The notes under the pieces: model-generated
What the model saw: the letters and a program-made list of their open reading frames with translations, nothing else
Told to the model about the DNA's origin: nothing
Databases searched by the model: none
Made by a program: the position numbers and the translations under genes
Assembly (NCBI GenBank): GCA_038245295.1
Contig: JBBRSP010000002.1
Location: forward strand, 64,001-128,000
Length of the DNA stretch: 64,000 nt
Source of the DNA: Candidatus Binatia bacterium
GTDB lineage: Bacteria; Desulfobacterota; Binatia; HRBIN30
Reading direction: 5' to 3'
In this document: in pieces, positions 1 to 7,980 of the stretch
How the letters are laid out: each line of letters starts with the position of its first letter
How positions within the stretch are numbered: the stretch's first letter is position 1

Positions 1-375
1 ATAGCACTGGCCCGGGAACCACGGCACCGTGTGCGGCAAGGTGCGGGCGGCGAAAGTCTGTGTGTTCGGATCGAACGGGCTCTCCCACCGCACGGCGACG
101 CCGGTCTGATTGAGGAACGAGCTCGGTGTGCCGTAACGGTTGGCCGAGAACGAGGCGCCCGGCTGCATCACGGTCGTCTGGCCATCGAGGTCGATCTCGA
201 AGCCGTGACAGATCCTGCCCGTGTCGTTCGAGATGTCGAAGTTGCCGACTGAGCCATAGATAATCGCGGACTGCGCGTGAGCGCCGCTCGCGGCTGCCAT
301 CATACCCAGCGCGACTGCGGCGCCGAGTGTCGTCTTGCGCAGCCGCGACCGGGGCTGTACGGAATTGAATTTCAT
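1..375 (-). CDS. Secreted protein, N-terminal part (runs off the window edge); resembles the N-terminal domain of some PEP-CTERM-type surface proteins
   Basis: Not in the ORF track. Hand translation from ATG at 375: MKFNSVQPRSRLRKTTLGAAVALGMMAAASGAHAQSAIIYGSVGNFDISNDTGRICHGFEIDLDG..., open to base 1. RBS AAAGGAG upstream; signal peptide ending AHA|Q. Confidence 0.75.
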   Translation of the reverse strand, partial: MKFNSVQPRSRLRKTTLGAAVALGMMAAASGAHAQSAIIYGSVGNFDISNDTGRICHGFEIDLDGQTTVMQPGASFSANRYGTPSSFLNQTGVAVRWESPFDPNTQTFAARTLPHTVPWFPGQCY

Positions 376-436
376 CTTGTTTCTCCTTTGTTTTGCGTGA
401 GGAGTGGTGTTCCTCACTTGCTTGCCAGGAGTACAT

Positions 437-453
437 CGCAAGACGCGGGCCAA
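437..453 (-). promoter_or_regulatory. Candidate sigma-54 (-24/-12) promoter for the secreted-protein gene at 375
   Basis: Minus strand TTGGCCCGCGTCTTGCG has exact GG-N10-GC spacing and is close to consensus TGGCAC-N5-TTGC; ~60 bp upstream of the ATG. Confidence 0.55.
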
Positions 454-667
454 CTCTGACGCACAGGTGTCGAACACCGAATGCACAACGCCGCCGCGAC
501 GATTGGGCTAAAGGACCCTACCGTCGACGCGGCTTGGGGCGTGTGACGCAGGGTGCGATCAGTGGTTTCCGCGCGCCGCGAAAGATCACGGATGATTCCC
601 AACCGTGCGTTGTTGGTGCGCCACGCCATGCGGCGCTAGGGCAGTGTGCGCTGGTGAAGGAGATCAA

Positions 668-1411
668 ATGAAAGGCACTGTTGTCATCACGGGGGCGTCA
701 GCGGGCATCGGACGCGCCCTCGCCGTCGAGTTCGCTCGGCGCGGATATCATCTTGGCTTGACCGCGCGGCGCCTTGGCGTGCTGGAAGAACTGCGCACCG
801 AGTTGCTGGGAAATTCTCAAGGCGATTTGCGGGTCGAGCTTGCCGTGCTCGATGTCGATCAGGACGCCACGGTAGGCCCAACACTCAAGGGCCTGTTCGA
901 AGCCCTGGGCGGCGTCGACATCGTTGTGGTGAATGCGGGAGTCAACGGCTTCACGTCGGTCGGCAAGGGCGACCTGGCGAAAGAGAAGCAGGTGCTGCAG
1001 ACCAACTTGATTGGGGCGATCGCCACGGTGAACGCCGCCTGCGAATACTTCATCGCGCGCGGCGCCGGCCAGGTTGTCGGCATCTCCTCCCTCGCCGCGC
1101 TGCAGGGCATTCCGAAACAGGCCGCCTATTGCGCCAGCAAAGCGGGGTTCTCGATGTACCTCGACGCAGCGCGGGTAGAGCTCAAACGCAACAACATCCG
1201 CGTCACCAAGATTCTTCCGGGCTTCGTGAAAACCGAGATCATGGAGAATATCGAGAAGTACCCATTCGCCGTGTCTGCCGAGGATGCCGCTCGCGAAATG
1301 GTAACGATCATCCAGAAGGGCAAGCGGCTTGGCGTCGTCCCTGCCTTCCCATGGAAGTGGCTGCGGCCGATCTTCGGCCACATTCCCGACGCAATCTTTT
1401 CCCGCTTGTGA
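668..1411 (+). CDS. Short-chain dehydrogenase/reductase (SDR)
   Basis: TGASAGIG, VVNAG and YCASK motifs; RBS AAGGAG before ATG 668. Confidence 0.92.
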   Translation: MKGTVVITGASAGIGRALAVEFARRGYHLGLTARRLGVLEELRTELLGNSQGDLRVELAVLDVDQDATVGPTLKGLFEALGGVDIVVVNAGVNGFTSVGKGDLAKEKQVLQTNLIGAIATVNAACEYFIARGAGQVVGISSLAALQGIPKQAAYCASKAGFSMYLDAARVELKRNNIRVTKILPGFVKTEIMENIEKYPFAVSAEDAAREMVTIIQKGKRLGVVPAFPWKWLRPIFGHIPDAIFSRL

Positions 1412-1471
1412 GTTCCTCCGTCCCCCCGTCTCCGTTCGGCTCGAGAACTCTCGCTTTCGACACCCAGGCGC

Positions 1472-1492
1472 GGGCGGGGGCGGGGGCGCGGG
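1472..1492 (+). repeat. G-rich hexamer-periodic intergenic element (G-quadruplex-compatible)
   Basis: GGGCGGGGGCGGGGGCGCGGG between convergent genes; related to 3371-3403 and 40965-41057. Confidence 0.55.
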
Positions 1493-1493
1493 T

Positions 1494-1910
1494 TTAGAGC
1501 ATCTCACCTGGGCCTTCCGTCAGGATCAGCCGCGAGTCGGCAAGCGCCGCGGTGCGGTGTGGTGCGGCAGCCAGATAGTCCGGTCGCTGCACCATCTGCA
1601 CGAAGGCCGCACGCGACGGGTACTGCACGAGCACGGCTTCATCCCACGTCTCCCCTTCCGGGGCGATTACCGACAGCTTTGCATTGGCCATCCAGAGGAT
1701 CTTCCCGCCTGCCTCGACCACCTTGACCACCGCTACGGCGCCGTAACGCTGGTAGGCTTCACGCCCGCTGCATGGCGTTGCCTCGAAACCTGCGGGATAG
1801 TCGGCGTGGGCGTGGAAGCGTAGCAGGTTGATCATGACGATCGGGCCCGGAACGGCGATGTCCTGCAGGAGTTGTTGCATCTGTGAGGCACTTGGCTCGA
1901 TGGACGGCAT
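1494..1910 (-). CDS. DUF1330-family protein
   Basis: GPIVMINLLRF...SGREAYQRY...WDEAVLVQYPSRAAF...HRTAALADSRLI; RBS AAGGAG upstream of ATG 1910. Confidence 0.85.
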   Translation of the reverse strand: MPSIEPSASQMQQLLQDIAVPGPIVMINLLRFHAHADYPAGFEATPCSGREAYQRYGAVAVVKVVEAGGKILWMANAKLSVIAPEGETWDEAVLVQYPSRAAFVQMVQRPDYLAAAPHRTAALADSRLILTEGPGEML

Positions 1911-2013
1911 GACGTGATCTCCTTGTCGTGAGCTTGTAGCCCGGAGCGCATCGCCCCGCGACGCCCGACTGCGGAATCCAGCGCCACAGCGGATCCGGAT
2001 CCCGCACACACGC

Positions 2014-2090
2014 CGCAAGCTAAAGCTTGCGCCTACCGATCCCCATCCAGGTGAGATTTGTGTGACGGTAGGCGCAGCCTTCAGGCTGCG
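2014..2090. repeat. Inverted pair of GTAG-type REP elements
   Basis: CGCAAGCTAAAGCTTGCGCCTACC ... GGTAGGCGCAGCCTTCAGGCTGCG; same family at 44568-46023. Confidence 0.75.
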
Positions 2091-2133
2091 ATGGCAGATG
2101 CAAGTCGCAGGTCGTTTTGATACCGAGGCGGGT

Positions 2134-3363
2134 GTGACACCCACCGATTCGACGCTGCCCCGGCTCTTGCCGGCCCGACACCTGGCGCAAGTGCGTTATG
2201 AAATCCGCGGTCCGCTGGCGCGCCGGGCGCAGGAGCTCGAGCGTAAGGGCTACGAAGTCCTCAAGCTGAACATCGGCAATCCTGCCGCTTTCGGTTTCCG
2301 CGCACCCGAGACTCTGCGCTTGGCCTTGCTGGAGAACCTGCCGCAAGCCGAGGGCTACTGTCATCAAAAGGGCATCTTCCCGGCGCGCGAAGCGGTGGTC
2401 ATGGACACGCAGACGCGTGGCATCGTCGGAGTCAGCGCCGAAGATGTTTTCATGGGCAACGGCGTTTCCGAGTTGATCCTCATGACCATGGAGGCGTTGC
2501 TCGAGCCCGGCGATGAAGTGCTCCTGCCGGCGCCCGACTATCCATTGTGGACCGCGGCCGTCGTGCTCGCCGGCGGCAAGCCGGTCTACTACCAGTGCCG
2601 CCCTGAGGCGAAGTTCATCCCCGACCCCGACGAGGTGGCGCGGCTCGTAAGCCCGCGCACCAAGGCGCTCGTGCTCGTCAATCCGAACAACCCCACCGGC
2701 GCCGTCTACCCACGCGACGTCGTCACAGGGCTGGTGCGCCTGGCCGAGGCCAACAGGATCGCCCTCTTCTCGGATGAGATCTACGATCGCGTCCTCTACG
2801 GCAACGTCGAGCACGTCTCGGCAGCGACAATCTGCGAGCAAACCCTGTGCGCGACTTTCGGTGGACTCTCGAAGGTCTACCGCGCCTGCGGCTTCCGCAC
2901 CGGTTGGGTGTACTTCAGCGGCCGCCGCGAGCACGCCACCGAATACTTAAACTGTCTCGAGATGCTTGCGTCGCTCCGCCTCTGCGCCAGTGTTCCCGGG
3001 CAGTGGGCGGTACAGACGGCGCTGGGCGGTGTGCAGAGCATCTACGATCTCACGGCACCGACCGGACGACTCGGGCGCCAGCGGCAAGCGGTCATCGATG
3101 CCGTGGCAGCCTCGAAGTATCTCTGTCTGACGCCACCGAACGGGGCGCTCTACGCGTTCGTCCAGGCGCGGCGCGATGTCGTGCCGAAGTTTAATGACAA
3201 CGCCTTCGCCATGGCACTACTCGAAGAGAAACATGTCCTTGTCGTCCCCGGCTCGTCGTTCAACGTCGACTACACCGACCACTTCCGCGTCACGTTCCTC
3301 CCCGACGAAGCGACGATTCAAACCGTCTTCCAACGCATCGAGGCGTTGTTGTCTGAGATGTAA
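2134..3363 (+). CDS. alaA: PLP-dependent aminotransferase class I/II, AlaA (alanine transaminase)-like
   Basis: VRYEIRGP, LKLNIGNPAAFGF, NGVSELI, NPNNPTGAVY, DEIYD, GLSKVYRACGFRTGW; GTG start chosen after GAGGCGG. Confidence 0.85.
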   Translation: MTPTDSTLPRLLPARHLAQVRYEIRGPLARRAQELERKGYEVLKLNIGNPAAFGFRAPETLRLALLENLPQAEGYCHQKGIFPAREAVVMDTQTRGIVGVSAEDVFMGNGVSELILMTMEALLEPGDEVLLPAPDYPLWTAAVVLAGGKPVYYQCRPEAKFIPDPDEVARLVSPRTKALVLVNPNNPTGAVYPRDVVTGLVRLAEANRIALFSDEIYDRVLYGNVEHVSAATICEQTLCATFGGLSKVYRACGFRTGWVYFSGRREHATEYLNCLEMLASLRLCASVPGQWAVQTALGGVQSIYDLTAPTGRLGRQRQAVIDAVAASKYLCLTPPNGALYAFVQARRDVVPKFNDNAFAMALLEEKHVLVVPGSSFNVDYTDHFRVTFLPDEATIQTVFQRIEALLSEM

Positions 3364-3370
3364 GGTCTCT

Positions 3371-3403
3371 CCCCCGCCTTCGCCCGCGCCCCTGCCCACG
3401 CCC
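3371..3403 (-). repeat. C-rich hexamer-periodic intergenic element
   Basis: CCCCCGCCTTCGCCCGCGCCCCTGCCCACGCCC between convergent stops. Confidence 0.5.
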
Positions 3404-3418
3404 GCGCGGACAGGTCGA

Positions 3419-4525
3419 TCAGAAGCGCCGCGGTGAAAAGTAGTCGAGCTCCGGCAGCGTCTCGCCCAGTACGGCGGTGGCGCCAAGGCGGCCGACGGCC
3501 GGGCTGGTCGTCATGCCATGCCCGCCAAGCGCCGCCACCCAGATCAATCCTTCCAGTTGCGGATCGGCGCCAATGACGAAACGCTCGTCAGGCGCGAAGG
3601 TCCGCAGGCAAGCCCAGGCGCGGTTGATGCGCGCCGCGGCGAGTGGCGGAAAGGCGCGGCGTAGTTTGTCACGCAGCAATGCTTCGCCGTCGGGCGTGGC
3701 TTGTGGGTCTTCGGCCGCGTGTGGTGTGACGTCGCACGGGCTCATGAGCAAACCACCGGCTTCCGGACGGAAGTAGACATCGATCTCGTTGTGCCAGACG
3801 AACGGTGCCTGCGGATCGAGCGCCACGTCGTTGGCGGTGTGGAACATGTGACGCTTGCGCCGCGTCAGTGCGAACGTGTCGATCCCGGCAAGTCTTCCAA
3901 GCTCGCCGGCCCAGGCGCCGCCGGCGTTGACGACACAGGATGCTTCGATCATGCCTTCGGCCGTTTCCACCGCCGTAACACGGCCGCCACGACAGCGGAT
4001 CCCGGTCACGGCGCGCGTGTACCTCACCTCAACACCGCCACCTTCGGCGCCGCGCAGGTAACCCGCGATGAGTGCCTGGATGTCAACCACGCCGTCGCTC
4101 GGATTCCAGAACGCATGCTCGAAGTTGACCTGGCCGAGCACCGGCACACGACGCGTCGCTTCCTTTGGATCGAGCAGTTCACAGGGCAGTCCGAGATCGC
4201 GCGCCATGGTTCTTGACTTGTGCAGCGCCTCCAGACCGGTTGCTCCGGCAATCAGCAAAGAGCCCGTGCGACGCAACAGCGCGTGGTCGGCAAAGCCATC
4301 GGGTGGCTCTTCGATGAAACGTGCTCCTTCGAGTGCCAGTCGTGCTTCGTACGGATCGGACAAAACCTGGAAGGTCAGCGACGCGTTGCGCCCCGAGGCA
4401 TGGAACGCCGGGATCGCTTCGCGCTCGAGCAGCAAGACGCGGCGTACACCGCGTTGGGCCAGGTGGTAGGCGGTGGAGGCGCCGGCGAATCCGGCACCGA
4501 TGATGACGACGTCGGCGCTGCGCAT
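3419..4525 (-). CDS. FAD-dependent oxidoreductase, DAO/glycine oxidase family
   Basis: DVVIIGAGFAG, ASGRNA, VVNAGGAW, WACLRTFAPD, GGHGMTTSPAVG. Confidence 0.88.
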   Translation of the reverse strand: MRSADVVIIGAGFAGASTAYHLAQRGVRRVLLLEREAIPAFHASGRNASLTFQVLSDPYEARLALEGARFIEEPPDGFADHALLRRTGSLLIAGATGLEALHKSRTMARDLGLPCELLDPKEATRRVPVLGQVNFEHAFWNPSDGVVDIQALIAGYLRGAEGGGVEVRYTRAVTGIRCRGGRVTAVETAEGMIEASCVVNAGGAWAGELGRLAGIDTFALTRRKRHMFHTANDVALDPQAPFVWHNEIDVYFRPEAGGLLMSPCDVTPHAAEDPQATPDGEALLRDKLRRAFPPLAAARINRAWACLRTFAPDERFVIGADPQLEGLIWVAALGGHGMTTSPAVGRLGATAVLGETLPELDYFSPRRF

Positions 4526-4617
4526 GGCACTGAACCTCCTAGCAGACCGTCTTCAGTTCCGCCCCGCTTTGGGCTACGGCTCGTCGACATTTCGGAGCGG
4601 CAGCGAAGGGAGAACGA

Positions 4618-5412
4618 ATGGCGCGCGAGACGATTACCGAGGAACTTTCGCAGGGAGTGTTGCTGCTGACGTTGAATCGTCCGGAGCGCAAGAACGCGTT
4701 CAATCATCGCATGTGGTGTGAGACCCGCGATGCATTCGCCGAGGCGCAGGCCAACGATGCCGTGCGTTGTGTTGTCGTCACCGGTGCCGGCGGCGCGTTC
4801 TCCGCCGGGCAGGATCTCTCCGAGATGTCGGGCGGCGGCGATATCCAATCCGCCGAGGAACATGGCTTCGGTACGTTCATGGATCGCCTTTGTCAGTTCG
4901 ACAAGCCGCTCATCGCGGCGGTCAACGGGGTAGGCGTCGGCATCGGCCTGACTCTGCTTCTGCACTGTGAGTACGTCTACATCGCGCGCGACGCGCGTTT
5001 GCGAGCTCCCTTCATCACACTCGGTGTCGTGCCTGAAGCGGCGAGCAGTTACTTGCTGCCGGCGTTGATCGGCTACCGCAACGCCGTCGATGTGTTGTTC
5101 GACTCGGACTTTTTCTCCGCCGAACGCGCCGTCGAGCTCGGCATTGCGACGCGACTGTGCGAGCCCGAGCAAGTTGTCGTCGTCGCCATGGAACGGGCCC
5201 GGCAGTTGGCGGCCAAGCCGCTCGGTTCGCTGCGCTGGACCAAACGCCTGCTGCTGGCAACGCGCCAGGAGCAGGTGGCGGCAGCGCGCCGGCGCGAGGA
5301 CGAAGCGTTTACGCATCGGGTCGGCTCGCCGGAGAATCTCGAAGCGGTGCTGGCTTTTTTTGCCAAGCGCGCACCGGATTTTTCGAACGTGCCCCCCTCG
5401 GACAAAGAATGA
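4618..5412 (+). CDS. Enoyl-CoA hydratase/isomerase family protein
   Basis: LNRPERKNAF, FSAGQDL, KPLIAAVNGVGVGIG, PEAASS. Confidence 0.92.
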   Translation: MARETITEELSQGVLLLTLNRPERKNAFNHRMWCETRDAFAEAQANDAVRCVVVTGAGGAFSAGQDLSEMSGGGDIQSAEEHGFGTFMDRLCQFDKPLIAAVNGVGVGIGLTLLLHCEYVYIARDARLRAPFITLGVVPEAASSYLLPALIGYRNAVDVLFDSDFFSAERAVELGIATRLCEPEQVVVVAMERARQLAAKPLGSLRWTKRLLLATRQEQVAAARRREDEAFTHRVGSPENLEAVLAFFAKRAPDFSNVPPSDKE

Positions 5413-5454
5413 TCGTAGGGGCGGCTCGAATGCTGCGGCGAACGCGGAGGGAAT

Positions 5455-6312
5455 ATGCGGTTGATCACATTCGTGCGAGATGGTGAACGGTACATCGGTG
5501 CGCAGACGAGCAAAGGCATTGTCGACTTTTCGGTTGCCGCGCCATCGCTGCCGCACTCGATGCTCGAATTGTTGAATGCCGGACCGTTGGCGATGAAGAC
5601 GGCGCGCGCCGTGGTGGCGCGGTCGCTCGAAGACGGCGTTGGCTTGATCGCCGCCGATGGCGTGCGGATCGCCGCGCCGCTGCCGCGACCGGGCAAGATC
5701 TTCGGCATCGGCCTCAACTATCGCGAGCATGCGGCGGAGACCGATCGCGAGATGCCGAAGGTGCCGTTGGTGTTTTCGAAAGCGGTGACGGCGGTGATTG
5801 GACCCGACGACGCGATTCGCTTGCCGGCCGTGAGCCAGGAGATCGACTTCGAAGGCGAGCTTGCCGTCGTCATTGGGGCGCGGGCCTCGGGTGTGGCGCG
5901 CGCCAATGCGATGACAAGGGTGCTTGGCTACACGATCATGAACGATGTCACGGCCCGCGATTACCAACGCCAGAGCAGCAACTGTATGGGTAAGTCGTTC
6001 GACACATTCGCTCCCATGGGGCCAGCGATCGTCACACTCGACGAATTCGATGATCCCTACGCGGTCGATCTACGCACGACGGTGACTGGCGAGGAGATGC
6101 AGCACGGTAATAGCCGCGACCTGCTGTTCGACATTCCAACGCTGATCGAATTCATCTCGGGCGGCATCACCCTCGAGCCCGGCGACATCATCAGCACCGG
6201 CACACCGGCCGGCGTCGGTTTCCGGCGCAAGCCGCCGCGTTTCCTGCGCCGCGGCGATACGGTGCGCATCGAAGTCGCGGGGCTCGGCGTGCTGGAGAAT
6301 TCGGTGGCGTAG
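5455..6312 (+). CDS. Fumarylacetoacetate hydrolase family protein
   Basis: GLNYREHA, IDFEGELAVVIG, NDVTARD, KSFDTFAPMGP, LEPGDIISTGTPAGVG. Confidence 0.92.
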   Translation: MRLITFVRDGERYIGAQTSKGIVDFSVAAPSLPHSMLELLNAGPLAMKTARAVVARSLEDGVGLIAADGVRIAAPLPRPGKIFGIGLNYREHAAETDREMPKVPLVFSKAVTAVIGPDDAIRLPAVSQEIDFEGELAVVIGARASGVARANAMTRVLGYTIMNDVTARDYQRQSSNCMGKSFDTFAPMGPAIVTLDEFDDPYAVDLRTTVTGEEMQHGNSRDLLFDIPTLIEFISGGITLEPGDIISTGTPAGVGFRRKPPRFLRRGDTVRIEVAGLGVLENSVA

Positions 6313-6335
6313 GTCGGTTCGCGAACCGACCCTAC
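6309..6335. terminator. GTAG-ended palindrome between convergent genes; probable bidirectional terminator/REP
   Basis: GTAGGTCGGTTCGCGAACCGACCCTAC, near-perfect palindrome containing both stop codons. Confidence 0.6.
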
Positions 6336-7447
6336 CGTTCCCACTCCAACGTCACGTCGTTGTCCGCCGGCGGCACGTCGTTGAAGCCGTTCACAAACGC
6401 GGCGAGGGCCTCGTCGCCGAGCTCCTCGGCGGTGAACTCGAAGCTTTCGTCACCGCGCGCGATCGACGGCCACCACGGGCGCAGCTTCTCGGCGGCGAGC
6501 GCTGCACGGTCGCGACTGAGGTTGAACGGTGGGCCGGAGATCAAGCCGGTGAGGATGCCGACGAACGAGTCTGCCGTCGACTGCAACGAGTATGCTTGCA
6601 GGTCTGGTTGCGACGGGATCGAGCGCAGCAGGTGGCTGCGAATATCGATGGCGCCGGGGCGCGTCGTCATGACACGGAACGCATGCGGATAACCGGCGAG
6701 CGACGCGGTGGCGATGTTGTACAGCCCGTCCTCGAGCTTGATGTCCTGCATGTGCAGGTGGCCGCTCAGCGTCAGCCGCACGTTATATTTTCGCAGCAGG
6801 GCCTTGAGCTGCGGCGAGTTCTCGACGTGAAACCACGAGAACCCCGGATTCACCGACTCGTTTGGGACGTGATCGATGATGCTGTGATGCAACATCAAGA
6901 TCGTTTCGCGCTGCGGATCGCGTTGCGCCGCGAGGTCGTTCTCCAACCAGCTGAGCGTTGCCGGTGAGATGTAACCGCGGTCCTCGTCGGGCTTAGCGGA
7001 GCACAGCGCGATCAGGTGGAGATCCGGCGTTGGATCGCAGCTGTAGGCAGTGCGTTGCGGATCCTTGAAGCCGAAGTCGCCGTAAAGCTGCGGGATCTCA
7101 GGCGTCGTCACGGGGACAACATCGGGATCGAGCATGTTGCGTGGTCGCAATTTGGCCGGCCGCGGTTGATCGTGGTTCCCCGAAACGCAGTACACCGGCT
7201 TGTGGAAGCGCGACAGCAGCTCGCGAGCGCGATCATGGTTGTACGGTTCGGAATCTTTGGTGAGGTCGCCGGCGCACAGGATAAAGTCGATGTCCGGCAG
7301 AGCGTTGATCGTCTCCACGGCCGCTTCGAGCAGTTCAACGCTCTCGGCGTAAAGGGTCGGCTCGGTATCGATCGGCGGCGACGTCCAGCCCGTCTCGGGA
7401 TTGGCGATCGTGATGTGGGGGTCGGAGATGAGTGCGAAAGTTGCCAT
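6332..7447 (-). CDS. Calcineurin-like metallophosphoesterase (CpdA/Icc-like)
   Basis: SDPH, GDLT, GNHD, LHH and SGHLH metal-binding motifs. Confidence 0.88.
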   Translation of the reverse strand: MATFALISDPHITIANPETGWTSPPIDTEPTLYAESVELLEAAVETINALPDIDFILCAGDLTKDSEPYNHDRARELLSRFHKPVYCVSGNHDQPRPAKLRPRNMLDPDVVPVTTPEIPQLYGDFGFKDPQRTAYSCDPTPDLHLIALCSAKPDEDRGYISPATLSWLENDLAAQRDPQRETILMLHHSIIDHVPNESVNPGFSWFHVENSPQLKALLRKYNVRLTLSGHLHMQDIKLEDGLYNIATASLAGYPHAFRVMTTRPGAIDIRSHLLRSIPSQPDLQAYSLQSTADSFVGILTGLISGPPFNLSRDRAALAAEKLRPWWPSIARGDESFEFTAEELGDEALAAFVNGFNDVPPADNDVTLEWER

Positions 7448-7460
7448 GGGGTAAGAACGA

Positions 7461-7491
7461 CGATCCCCCTTCCGCGGGGGAAGGGGGATCG
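7461..7491 (-). terminator. Hairpin terminator downstream of the cold-shock gene
   Basis: CGATCCCCCTTCC-loop-GGAAGGGGGATCG stem, 13 bp after the stop. Confidence 0.6.
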
Positions 7492-7504
7492 CGGTGCGGA
7501 AGGC

Positions 7505-7705
7505 TTAGGCCTTTTGAACGTTACTAGCTTGCGGGCCTTTGCGGCCTTCGGTGATTTCGAAGCTAACGGCCTGCCCCTGTTCGAGACTCTTGAAGCCGTC
7601 ACCGGCGATTGACGAGAAGTGAACGAACACATCCTCGCCGGTGTCCTGGCGAATGAATCCGAATCCTTTGTCAGGGTTGAACCATTTCACTGTTCCTGTC
7701 GGCAT
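7505..7705 (-). CDS. cspA: Cold-shock protein (CspA family)
   Basis: [15 protein letters not shown] and DVFVHFS (RNP1/RNP2); strong RBS AAAGGAGG. Confidence 0.97.
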   Translation of the reverse strand: MPTGTVKWFNPDKGFGFIRQDTGEDVFVHFSSIAGDGFKSLEQGQAVSFEITEGRKGPQASNVQKA

Positions 7706-7891
7706 GATTGCGCCCTCCTTTCCAGAAAAACTCGTTAGACCGGAGGTGCCGCACTTTCCTGATAGCCCCCGACTGGGCGCGAACGGAGCGAAACGAAAAC
7801 CCTGACCGGCGTAACTGCGCGGCTAATAGCCAGGTGAAATCAGCGTGACAAGCGCCAGCCTGTGCCGCATCGATTCCGCTGAGGCAATCTG

Positions 7892-7974
7892 AGCAGGGTG
7901 TTAGGGTGTTCGGTGTTGGGGTGTCACGGGGCATTCCCGTAACAGCGAACACCTGAACACCCTAACACCCTGCT
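7892..7974. repeat. Long inverted repeat built from GGGTGTT-periodic units
   Basis: AGCAGGGTGTTAGGGTGTTC ... GAACACCCTAACACCCTGCT, perfect 20-bp arms, directly after the stop of the 7981 gene. Confidence 0.7.
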
Positions 7975-7980
7975 GTTCCG

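Noticed and set aside
4375..5967. 530-aa minus-strand ORF and similar long antisense ORFs (9043-10359, 10972-12180, 24072-25058, 43462-44460, 58596-59663)
   Set aside because: Shadow frames of well-supported genes in GC-rich DNA; no recognisable motifs.
7706..7860. Structured RNA or riboswitch upstream of the cold-shock gene (also checked upstream of egtB and the BtuF-like gene)
   Set aside because: Compatible with a long cspA-type 5' UTR, but no family-defining motif could be matched by eye; an Rfam/Infernal scan is needed.
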